The position numbers and the translations under genes were made by a program. The notes under the pieces were generated by a model that had not been told where the DNA came from, made no database searches, and saw only the letters and a program-made list of their open reading frames with translations. A stretch of 64,000 bases of DNA from Balanoglossus misakiensis (lineage: Eukaryota; Animalia; Hemichordata): the NCBI GenBank assembly GCA_040954595.2, contig CM082588.2, forward strand, positions 7,018,202-7,082,201. Direction: 5' to 3'. Of the stretch, positions 37,584 through 48,000 are shown in pieces (position 1 is the stretch's first letter; each line of letters starts with the position of its first letter).

Positions 37584-39746
37584 ATGACAGAAGAATTGTC
37601 AACACAGTTAAGTACTGATATCCCATTTTCAGAAACTAGCGATGATGATGTAAACATGTTTAGCGATGGGGATTTTGATTCCTTGACGAGGGATGAACAT
37701 GGGTTCATTCATGTTTCATTGGTGGATTTTACCACTGTTTCACCCGGTTCTTTAGTTTTTGGTAGCCCGCCAAAATCAGTGAAAGTTCGGGGTTCTCTGC
37801 TGAAAAATCTTGCGTTTTGGCGCCAACACGCACCGCCGTCTATTGTTAGTGTGGTCCAGTTTGGCTACAAATTGCCACTTTTGTCTTTTCCCGCGCCCAT
37901 GTTTTCTCAGAACAATCGTTCTGCGCTGGTACATCGTGATTTCGTGGAATTTTCCATTCTCGATTTTTTAGATACGGGGGCTATCGAAGAAGTGCCTTCA
38001 CAGCCATATGTTTGCAATCCCATCTCAGTTTCTGTCAGTAGGGAGGGAAAGAAAAGGTTTATTTTGGATCTAAGGAGAGTTAATCTCTTTTTGTACAAGA
38101 ACAAGTTTAAGTGTGAAGACCTCAGGGTGGCCAAGGAATTTCTTGGTTCAGGTAAATTCTTGTTCAAGTTCGATCTCAAGTCAGGATATCATCATGTCGA
38201 AATTTTCCCGGAGCACCGTAAGTTTCTTGGTTTCGCCTGGGATTTTGATGAAGGCAGAAGATATTTCAAATTCTGTGTTTTGCCTTTCGGCCTAGCTACA
38301 GGCCCGTATATTTTTACCAAGTTACTTCGTCCAATTGTCAGGAAGTGGAGAGGAGAAGGTAAGTCAGTAGTGGTTTTTATTGATGATGGGCTGGGGGCCG
38401 CTGGTCCCTTTGAAAAAGCCTTAAAGGAAGCGGAACAGGTGAGATCAGATCTGGCAAAATTTGGTTTTATTACCAGTGAGCACAAATGCATATGGTTTCC
38501 TGTGCAAGTTTTGACATGGCTAGGCAATGTCATAAACATGGTAGAAGGTAAGTTGTTCATAACGATCGATAGAATCAGTAGATTGTTGAATTCAATTCAG
38601 AATTTGCTAGAGTTTACTAGATGCAATGCTTCAGTTCCTGTACGTAGACTAGCCCATGTGGTAGGGCAGATCATTTCCATGAGGTCAGGTGTAGGTAATA
38701 TCACCTTGCTTATGACACGACATCTGTATTTTGTGATCTGCAACAGACAATCCTGGAACAGTTTTGTTGGGTTGACAAAGCCTGCCATTAATGAACTAGA
38801 ATTTTGGCAGGCAAATCTAGGTAAGTTAAATGGCATGCCACTTTGGAATTGTTCCAAAGCAGAATCGGTCATATACTCGGACGCATCGCAAAATGCATAT
38901 GGAGGTTATATTGTTGAACACAGTAATGTGGTAGCTCACGGTAACTGGAGCACATATGAGTCGGAACAGAGTTCCACCTGGCGAGAATTACAAGCAGTGT
39001 ATAAAGTGCTGTTATCTATAGCCAGTTTTGTTGCGGGACGGCATGTCAAGTGGTTTACTGATAACCAAAACGTAGTGACAATTGTCAATAAGGGCAGTAT
39101 GAAACCTGAGTTACAGAAGATAGCTCTGGCAATTTTTGCAGTTTGCATGCAGTTTGGGATTTCAATCGAGCCAGAGTGGGTGCCTAGGTCAGCCAATGAG
39201 CGTGCAGATTACATAAGCAAGCTTGTGGATACAGACGATTGGTCAGTAAACTTGCGTTATTTCAAACTGTTGAGCAAGCATTGGGGACCGTTCCGGGTAG
39301 ATAGATTTGCATCATCATACAATGCTAAGTGCGTGATCTTCAATTCCCGGTTTTGGTGTCCTAATACAGCAGCAATGGATGCTTTTACACAAGATTGGGG
39401 GTCAGAGGTCAACTGGTTGGTACCACCTACATATCTAATAGGCAGGACATTAAGGCACCTCCAATTCTGCAAGGGAAAGGGAGCTTTGGTAATCCCGCTG
39501 TGGAGATCGGCCTATTTTTGGCCTTTGATTTGCCCTGATGGGGTGCATTTAGCTCCGTTCATACATGATTGGTTAGAATTACCAAGCAATGATCCATTAC
39601 TTTTCCTGCCAGGTAAGGGCAGAAATTCAGTCTTCGGTGGAAGACCACTCAGTTTTAGAGTACTTGCATTGTGGATAGATTTCAGCATTCCATGTCGAAT
39701 GTTCAATAAGGAATTTTCCACAGTTTACATGGGCAAGATGTGTTGA
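37584..39746 (+). CDS. Pol: reverse transcriptase + RNase H + DNA adenine methyltransferase-like domain
   Basis: RT: KKRFILDLR, FDLKSGYHH, LPFGL, FIDD (YxDD variant). RNase H: YSDAS, STWREL, FTDN, NERAD. MT-like: DRFAS...DAFTQDW...NWLVPP...LVIPLW. Confidence 0.93.
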   Translation: MTEELSTQLSTDIPFSETSDDDVNMFSDGDFDSLTRDEHGFIHVSLVDFTTVSPGSLVFGSPPKSVKVRGSLLKNLAFWRQHAPPSIVSVVQFGYKLPLLSFPAPMFSQNNRSALVHRDFVEFSILDFLDTGAIEEVPSQPYVCNPISVSVSREGKKRFILDLRRVNLFLYKNKFKCEDLRVAKEFLGSGKFLFKFDLKSGYHHVEIFPEHRKFLGFAWDFDEGRRYFKFCVLPFGLATGPYIFTKLLRPIVRKWRGEGKSVVVFIDDGLGAAGPFEKALKEAEQVRSDLAKFGFITSEHKCIWFPVQVLTWLGNVINMVEGKLFITIDRISRLLNSIQNLLEFTRCNASVPVRRLAHVVGQIISMRSGVGNITLLMTRHLYFVICNRQSWNSFVGLTKPAINELEFWQANLGKLNGMPLWNCSKAESVIYSDASQNAYGGYIVEHSNVVAHGNWSTYESEQSSTWRELQAVYKVLLSIASFVAGRHVKWFTDNQNVVTIVNKGSMKPELQKIALAIFAVCMQFGISIEPEWVPRSANERADYISKLVDTDDWSVNLRYFKLLSKHWGPFRVDRFASSYNAKCVIFNSRFWCPNTAAMDAFTQDWGSEVNWLVPPTYLIGRTLRHLQFCKGKGALVIPLWRSAYFWPLICPDGVHLAPFIHDWLELPSNDPLLFLPGKGRNSVFGGRPLSFRVLALWIDFSIPCRMFNKEFSTVYMGKMC

Positions 39747-39815
39747 CTGTTCCCCATAGTGGGAGGCTCTAGTGACCAGTCTAAGAAAGGGTCCATAGAA
39801 GCCTGATACTTCTGC

Positions 39816-40904
39816 TTGCCATCCGATGGGAACTATGGCGTTAAGTTGTATGAATTGATCACTCAAAATTTTATTTTTGCAGAAGCGGATGTGTTTGACC
39901 ATGGAATATGGAAAGAATTTAGCAATCTGGAAGATCCAGAGCTGCAACAACTGGTGAAGCACCTCCCAAGTATTGCCATGGCTTCACGAGCAGACTCTAC
40001 TGTCAAGTTGTATACAAACGCTTTCCAGAAATGGGCCACCTTTGCGGTCAAACATTCTTTTCCAGTTGTTCCTGCAGAAGCCTCACATGTTGCTTTGTAT
40101 TTGAGTGGGCTTATTCAGAATTCGATTCAGGGAGGGAATACTAGACATTCAGTGGAAACTGCTGTTTACAGTATTCAGTGGGTACATCATACATCAGGTT
40201 TAACTTCTCCCACGCAGCATCCATTCGTTAAGAATTTAGTGGAATCAGCTAAGCGGTTGCTTGGGAGACCTGTGAGCAAAAAAGAAGCAGTCACTCCAGA
40301 AATCCTCACAAATGTAGTGGAATTCTTCAAAGATTCCCATTCTCTGCGTGATATAAGAGACATCTGTCTTATTCTTGTTGCATTTGCTGGTTTTCTTAGA
40401 TTTAGTGATGTTATTAATATTAAGAGATCTCACATTGCATTTTCTTCTTCGCATGTTTCGATTGTCATTGACAAAAGCAAGAATGACCAATACAAGAAGG
40501 GCAATATTGTTCACATTGCCAAAACAGGTAAACTCACCTGTCCTGTTACATATCTTGAGAGGTATTTGAGTGTTTCTGGCATTCCAGCAGATTCTTCCTG
40601 TTACATTTTTCGGCCTTTGTTTGCTTCCAAAGGCATCGTTTCATTGGTACATACTAACAAACATCTTAGTTATACCAGGGTAAGAGAGTTGGTGCATGAA
40701 AAACTAAAAGTGGCAGTTTCAGATGTCCACGCTTTTGGCACACACTCTCTGCGTATTGGAGGGGCGACCACAGCAGCAAAAGCTGGGGTACCTTCTCATA
40801 GGTTAATGAGACACGGTAGATGGCGTTCAGTAACAGCCAAAGACGGCTACATTCAAGAGAGCATTTCTGAGGCTCTTTCGGTTTCTAAAACGTTGGGAGT
40901 TTAG
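39816..40904 (+). CDS. Tyrosine recombinase (integrase); true start uncertain
   Basis: Catalytic set: FLRFSD (R), KSKND (K), HSLRIGG (HxxR), HGRW, GYI (Y). First in-frame ATG at 39978; strong splice acceptor at 39881-39882. Confidence 0.92.
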   Translation: MPSDGNYGVKLYELITQNFIFAEADVFDHGIWKEFSNLEDPELQQLVKHLPSIAMASRADSTVKLYTNAFQKWATFAVKHSFPVVPAEASHVALYLSGLIQNSIQGGNTRHSVETAVYSIQWVHHTSGLTSPTQHPFVKNLVESAKRLLGRPVSKKEAVTPEILTNVVEFFKDSHSLRDIRDICLILVAFAGFLRFSDVINIKRSHIAFSSSHVSIVIDKSKNDQYKKGNIVHIAKTGKLTCPVTYLERYLSVSGIPADSSCYIFRPLFASKGIVSLVHTNKHLSYTRVRELVHEKLKVAVSDVHAFGTHSLRIGGATTAAKAGVPSHRLMRHGRWRSVTAKDGYIQESISEALSVSKTLGV

Positions 40905-43801
40905 TTTTAAAGGGTTGTCATTCTTTAGAGTTTGCCTTCACTTTCTTCCCCCTTCTGTGTGCAAGTCTATTGTTGTAATAAAGTTGCGGTGGTAGCGTAG
41001 CCACACACAGTAAAACTTGTGGTATGGCCTGTGTATTGTGTATTAGCCCAGGAGAAGAGACAAAACATGTTATTTCTCAAGGTACAACGTATAGAGAGAA
41101 ATAAATGTTTTGTTGTTTCGTGAGGGCGCTGTTTATGGGAGTATGAATATCAAGTAGGTGGGGTTAATCAGGTCAGTCTACGCGCTACCACCGGCCAGTC
41201 AAGTCGCCTTGTGATCCGTTAAATTTTTTAGTTTCTTTTCTTTTCTGTTTTGGTTCAGGGACCCAACGCTTTTTCAGAGGAATTTTCCCTATAAAAGGGT
41301 TTTATAAGCTCTGTTTTTTAGGGCGGGGTCTAGGCGTATTTTCTGAGCTGCCATGTAAGAGTTCAATTGTTGTATCACTATTGTTGTAATAAAGTTGCGG
41401 TGGTAGCGTAGCCACACACAGTAAAACTTGTGGTATGGCCTGTGTATTGTGTATTAGCCCAGGAGAAGAGACAAAACTTCAGTTTTTTTATGAATAAAAT
41501 CCCCCGAATTTGCGTCAAACGAGAGCTCTCGCTATGTTCGGGCCTAGGCCTATACCCCACTGACACATAAAGAAATTAAATGTGTCAGTGGGGTATAGGC
41601 CTAGGCCCGAACATAGCGAGAGCGCTCGTTTGACGCAAATTCGGGGGATTTTATTCATAAAAAACTGAAATAGCATCTATACACGCGCCTGTGGTGTACA
41701 CTACAGCTCCTGTTGGGGTTACTTACCTGTCGATTTGCACAGAATCGTGATTAGGTCTAATAGGATGTCCTCCCTTTGTGATTAAATGTGCCCAAGAGTG
41801 TCAGTCACATCAAGTGAACGCGAGAAATGTGATTCACAGGCGGACATCTACCGTGTTGTTGACTCGTACAGATTGCGGAAAAGGACAGTTACAGCCACAT
41901 ACTTGTTTAGCGACGCCATTGGTGCCTAGCCCAGTTTGGCCAAAACGAGGCTGGTTTCCAGGTCATTCGTGACAGGGCGCGCGTGCGCGTAGCAGTGTAG
42001 AGGGGGGGGGGGGGTTAGTAGAGGTCTATGTTTGAAGTCTTTTTTACAACAAGCGACTCGGACCTGGAGGAGGGGGGGGCAAGGTAGAGCTGGTGGACGT
42101 CGACCCTGCGTTTCTCTGATTGTCTCCTATTTGTGAATCTCCAAATACGGAGCGATGATATAAAATCTATATGCAACTCTGCATGAATTATGATCACTGT
42201 TTACGTCTTTTCGTGGGACATTTAATCCCAACAATTTCGCCATAGATCACCCTGAATGTTTTACCACTATATAGAAGAAGTTCACATTTATTGTTTGTTG
42301 TCCTAACTGGACACCTTGAATAACATGAAAGTTGATATGCAAAAAATTGCAATACAATAAACGTGTGACAAAAGAAATAAGACAACACACACTGCATCAA
42401 GCCCTGAATGAACCAATAACAATCAAGATATTTACTCTTAAAATCAATCATATAAAACTGTCGTCAAAACAGGCAATCAACAAATTGGTACTGTGACACT
42501 ATAGTTTACACCACAAGAAAACTGCTGATGGTAGCTATGATGTGTCACACGGAAAACTCAATATGTCACACATCACGTTCTTTAGTTATCTGAAATGTTC
42601 AAATACTAGTAGTATGGTACAATGGGTATGACTGATCAAAAACTTTACACTTGCGTGTCATTATCTTTTCAAACTTGAAAATCCCAATTACCGCCAGCCA
42701 TCGAAATACACTCACTGAATTGTAAACCACCTATCGTTCGTTGGTCTACAGTATGTGGATAGAAAAATGTACAACATGGCAAAGAACAGTAAAGGCTTAC
42801 AAGAAGAGTATATGAATCTGCAGAGGGCGCTATTTTCTCCTGTACCCAAACTCAACAAGAGTGGACACAGCTTTCCTTATAAATTAGTTGTGGTACCTTT
42901 TGTCATCTCTAGGTTCTTAAGTTACATTTTGCTAAAAATGAAAAATTCCCTGGCAAAATGAGTTTTTTTTTTTCAAATTAAAGTATGAACATTTTTTGCA
43001 ATGTTTAAACAAAAGCTTACAAAAACGACAACAACAGTTGAACACATTCTACAACTGAACTGATACAAGAGAAAACTATCTCCATACATTGGTGAAATAA
43101 ATCCAAAAGTAATGAATAGTGCAAACACAAAAACTAATTCAAATTCATCTACTGTAGAGCACACACGTGGTTATATGACACACAATTTATATATCCACAC
43201 ACACAATATTTACTGTGTTATGGGGAAAGCCAAATAACAAACTGTAAATAATATATATAACGCTTGGAAATATTGACAGCTAGAATTGTCGGTTTCCATG
43301 ACAACTCCAAAACGTTGCTAACAGTCAGAATAAACATTTCAGGAAACATTTCTAAAAAAAACACTTTTTACTGCGATGTATGTAGTTGGTTGAAAAGTGA
43401 CGTAAGCAACCACAAGATCGTTACAAACAATTCTTAAAACACACGGTAATGATATATCCCTCCATTGTTGATTCAAAATGATGTATGCTCACTAATTTGA
43501 CTGACCAAGCCACTATCCCCAGCTATACTCAAAGCCACACATGAACGTGTACATTATTGTGAACTTTCAACTTTTGAAGGGTGGGTTTCGGTTGATTGGA
43601 ACCTACAAAATTCATGACACACATATTATTACTATGGACAAACAATATTAGACAAAATTACTGACAACATTCATTTTGCAGGAGGCCTGTGGTTGGTTAA
43701 CATGCTTGAGGCTCCCAGGAAATGTTTTTTGGGGATCCCTAAATGATTTATTTCGTCACTTTCTAATTTGTAATTTTCTTTACTGCTGATTACAAGTTAA
43801 A

Positions 43802-45004
43802 TCATTTTTTTTTCTGTTCAAATAACCTTGCTTTGTACACCTGTGCATGCTTGCCCCAGAAATACTCCTGACCACAGGCTTCTGTTATGTTTAGGTATTT
43901 CAGTGCATTGGCAGAGTCGTCTTGTTCTTGGTAAACGTGGGCAAGATTAGAACATGCCCATATTATGTGATATGGGTCAGAGAGGGTGCTGATCAGATGG
44001 GTATATATTTCACATGCATCACTGTACTGTTTCAAGTTTCTGAGGGCAATGGCCTTCAAGATAGAAGCAAGGGGATACAAACCACCTGCATATGCAACTG
44101 CTTTGTCATAACACTCTATGGCTTTTAACAGGAACTGACGATCGCTTTCTATCGGATTGAAATCGTCTTTGGCCTCGTATGTGAGTCCAAGGTCACACGC
44201 GAATAATGGATTTTCTGGATCTTGTGCCGCAGCATTGTGAATAAATCGCAGTGCTTTTTCGGAGTCTCCAACATTGCTGTGGCGGTAATAATAATGTGCA
44301 GAATTTACCGTGGGACTGGATAAAGGGGTTAATTTGAGAGCTTTCTGGATGAGTTGACCTGCTTCTTCATAGCGGCCTTCATCGAGTGACAGGTCACATA
44401 AAAGTGCCAAAGCATAGCTGTGATGGGCATTTTTCTTAAGAACTCTCTCAAGCAAATTTCTTTCTTTTGCCATTATTTGTAAGGCTTCCTTACAGTTTGA
44501 ATCTCCATAGACACGATCACATTTGAATAAAAGAGAGTATGCTTGCCAAAACATCCAATCTGTTTGTTCTGGAAGTTCTACTAAAGCACGATCAAAGCTA
44601 TCAATTCCCTCATCAAACGTTTTTTTGCGAAAATAAGAAAGAGAGACACCCTTGTGAGCATATACATACGCTTTCTGTTTCCCTGACAATTTATCAAGTG
44701 ACAAAGTTGCTATCAACTTCAGTGTTTCATCAACTCTGTCCATCTCACCCGACATGAAATGAACCCATGCTTTATCTGCAAGAAGAACCAACTTATCACC
44801 AAGTGGACCATCGTCGTCACCATCACAGCTGTCAAGTTCTTTCTGGTTGTCGGTGAGGGCGTCATCAAACCACTTCAAAGCGGCACTTGGATCTCTCTTG
44901 TCTTCTGATCTCAGTTTGGACACGTACAGGTAACCTTTGATAGCTTTATGGGGAACTGGAGAGAACTCCTGGTTGTGATATTTAAGGTTGTTGTCCAAAT
45001 CACT
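43802..45004 (-). CDS. Terminal exon: IFIT-like TPR region (copy 2)
   Basis: Paralog of 28498-29700; preceded by exon 45712-45600 encoding LQRFPCHFTWKL. Confidence 0.8.
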   Translation of the reverse strand, partial: SDLDNNLKYHNQEFSPVPHKAIKGYLYVSKLRSEDKRDPSAALKWFDDALTDNQKELDSCDGDDDGPLGDKLVLLADKAWVHFMSGEMDRVDETLKLIATLSLDKLSGKQKAYVYAHKGVSLSYFRKKTFDEGIDSFDRALVELPEQTDWMFWQAYSLLFKCDRVYGDSNCKEALQIMAKERNLLERVLKKNAHHSYALALLCDLSLDEGRYEEAGQLIQKALKLTPLSSPTVNSAHYYYRHSNVGDSEKALRFIHNAAAQDPENPLFACDLGLTYEAKDDFNPIESDRQFLLKAIECYDKAVAYAGGLYPLASILKAIALRNLKQYSDACEIYTHLISTLSDPYHIIWACSNLAHVYQEQDDSANALKYLNITEACGQEYFWGKHAQVYKARLFEQKKK

Positions 45005-48000
45005 CTGTAAGACCTACAGTACATGGAAAGGCATGTTATATTGTCATGTGAAAACCCAGGTGCTTGTACAGATGCTTTGTTGATCTTTTATTGATTGTAA
45101 TTAAGGTAGCTAAAAACAATAAGATCTCCCGATTTCACATCATACGAACGCTCACACTATGTTCGGGCCTATACCCCACTGACACATAAACAGATAAAGA
45201 AATCTCTTTATGTGTCAGTGGTGTGTAGGCTTGAACTTGTCGTATGACGCGAAATCGGGAGATCGTCTAAGCTACTGATTTATCGTTTATAGCCACCTTC
45301 CAATTAATAAAATACCTGTGTGTGAAAACATCAGACGCATGATTGAAACAAAATAAGATGTGATTGATGAAGAAAACTCTAATGATTGATAAATTTTTAA
45401 ATATTACACTTTAAATGATGCAAAAAGTGGATATTCAGCATGTTGCTTTTTATATTTCAATTTGCGTCATTATAAACATCTGAGAGGAATACACATTTCC
45501 TTGGTTTTCGTGACATTTCAACAATTCAGATACAGCTGTTATGAAACGCTTTAAAATTTCACAAACCTGTACTTCAAATACGCAAATAAATGTCCTCACC
45601 TCAAAACTCTTGTCACAAAATTCTTCGAGTTTCCAGGTAAAGTGGCAGGGAAACCTCTGCAGTAATTCTTCATAGGACTTTGATGTATGCTTCAATCCCG
45701 TTATGTGTGTAACTGAAAATTCTATTGAATAGTAAAAACAAAGTTTGGAATTTAAACTGATTTCACGATTTTAATTTTAAATTGAGATTGGTCTATTGAA
45801 ATTAGCTTTTATTTATTATGGTATGCCTACATTTTATGAGAGAGTTGAGTTGTATCAAACAGTGAATGAAACAACATAAATATCTATCAGCGCAACAACA
45901 TAAATATCTATCAAAAGAAACTAAAACAACCAAAACAATGTCAATATTGAGCGATTTTATTCATTCAGTTTATTGAAGCAATATTCCCTTGGGAAAATCA
46001 GTTGAAAACTAATAATTGAGTTTAAAAATAAATATTCCGGACCATGTTAAAGGTATACGGCCACCTATGGAAAATTAGCTATAGTTATCATTGCAAATTG
46101 AGATCTAGCCAATCACTGATTTTCAGTGGGTGGCACACGTGAAAAAAAGAGCCCCACTATATGTTCTTTAGAATGCCCAAATACTCCATTTCAGCCATAT
46201 ATGGGCGTATGTAAATTGGAGGTGACCATATAACTTTAAGTATATTATAATCATTTTGCAAAGATTGTCAATTGCAGGAAAGAAAGGGAAGATTTTGAGA
46301 CCGAACTCTAAAAATTTGCTTTTGTTCCTAGACCCAAGAAATCTGTAATAAAAAATAAATTCGGCCTTTCAGGGTCATACAATACATACTTTCATAATCA
46401 AAGTTGTCAGGAGCAGATTCTTTTTTTTCAATCGGAGCAGATGATATAACGGATGCATGGATATGTTGCACATTACCTTCGATGTTCTTGTCTACAGGTG
46501 GCGCAGTTGCAGTTTTCGTTTCCTGAAGTTCGTCGATAGTCTGAAGTAACTGCCGATTTTTGTCCATGGTCGTTTGATTTTCCTCTTTCAGTTTGATATT
46601 TATCATGGTTAGTTTCGAACTTTGGTTTTCACTGCTCTTCAGCATTTCCTTCAGACGCTGACTTGTCTGCTCACTTTCTTCACCAAGAACACGAATTCTT
46701 CCTTCACTTTCTCTCTTAAGGAGCGTATAATCCCTCTCCTTGGATTGTAGTATGTCTTGAATCTTCTTGTTTTCGTTAAAGAGCGAAGTGATGACAGAGA
46801 GATAGTTGTCTGTCGAGATTGGTTCCAAGACACGAGCAGCTCCTTCTCTTGAAATAGATTCCGCCAGAATCTTGTCCGATTCTTTGGTGCCAGTGTTCAA
46901 GATGTTGACGCCACTTTGATTGACAAGTCTCTTCAGTTCTGATGAAAAGGTGATTCAATATTGTTAGCAAAATGTTATATATGAATGATCTATACGATGT
47001 AACCCCCTTTGCAATTGGGTCGGAGGCAATAGAATGCAAATAAATAGGCACTATCTATTTTAGTTTATGCTCGATGTGCAAATCAATGGCAGACTAGTAC
47101 AGACCCATCTTTAGAATCAAACTTCAACAAGCAGCCAACTAAACCAAAACATTCCCTTCAGAACAAATTTCAGCAGCAAGCTAGTTTGTTTTGATTGATT
47201 GAATAGAGTATTGTTTGACCAACTTCCCTGCCTAATGTTTGTGAACACTAACCTTCTCTATCATATCTGAATGTCTCTCCCTCTGGTAAGGTGATCGAAG
47301 ACAACTGTTGGCTATCCAAAATCAAACACCGTCTGATTCCAAGGACACCAAGAACTTCTGGCCGTTCATCCAACAACGAAGACAACTGTAGAGGGCGCTG
47401 TATTCTTATCAACAGGACGATTGGTGTCTGTGTGTCTCCCACATCAACATCTATCTCAGCTTCCAAAGTGCCGGAACCACCAAGTAGTTTTGATAAACCG
47501 ATTCTGTTTTGGCGTGTGGCATAGACATGTCGATCAACCTCCAAGGCAACCATTGCACCATTGTCATCTGCAGGTACAAAGATCGATAATAGGCAAAATA
47601 AATTGTATGTATTCTCATTAAAATGAGCACATGTTTTACTGAATAGTGGAGTATACTTTTTATGCAAACATTTCAAACAAATGGATTATCAGCTAGAAAC
47701 ATAAGAACCTATGGAGGTATTCAAAATATCATATGTCATATCATATTCTGTAAGTACTTGCCTGGTTCAATCAGAATATCTTCAAGTTCTGAACATTTCT
47801 CTCCACATATTTCACAGATGTCAGCCGATTTCACTTCCGGGACAAAACCTACAAAGATATACGTCAACGTCATGAGATGTTTTATTTATTACATCTCCTA
47901 TTTACAAGTCGGACAAGTATTTTGTGATGGTGAGAAAGTCATTATCGGACATTGTAAATGCGTGTTTGATAAGAAATTTAAGGCCAAATAAAAAAAATGT

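Larger units (their letters stand above)
36667..41477 (+). mobile_element. Full-length PAT-like (DIRS order) tyrosine-recombinase retrotransposon, 4811 bp, with split direct repeats A1-ORFs-B1-A2-B2
   Basis: A1 36667-36828 = A2 41067-41228 (162 bp); B1 40967-41066 = B2 41378-41477 (100 bp). Gag, RT/RNaseH/MT and YR ORFs are intact. No target-site duplication. Confidence 0.93.
36635..41701. repeat. ~256-bp palindromic (foldback/MITE-like) element split by the retrotransposon: 36635-36666 + 41478-41701
   Basis: The left piece gtgtacaccacaggcgcgtgtatagatgctat joined to ttcagttttttt...ctgacacat is the reverse complement of atgtgtcag...aaaactgaaatagcatctatacacgcgcctgtggtgtacac; loop ~11 nt. Confidence 0.9.

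Noticed and set aside
39744-39816. Pol-YR readthrough (TGA-CTG, same frame)
   Set aside because: A second in-frame TGA at 39804-39806 intervenes; splicing or an internal start is simpler.
36667-41477. Prophage/integron, LTR retrotransposon or classic DIRS1 element
   Set aside because: No DDE integrase or protease, no LTR pair with TSD, and no inverted terminal repeats of its own (the flanking inverted repeat belongs to the host palindrome). The repeats are split direct repeats.
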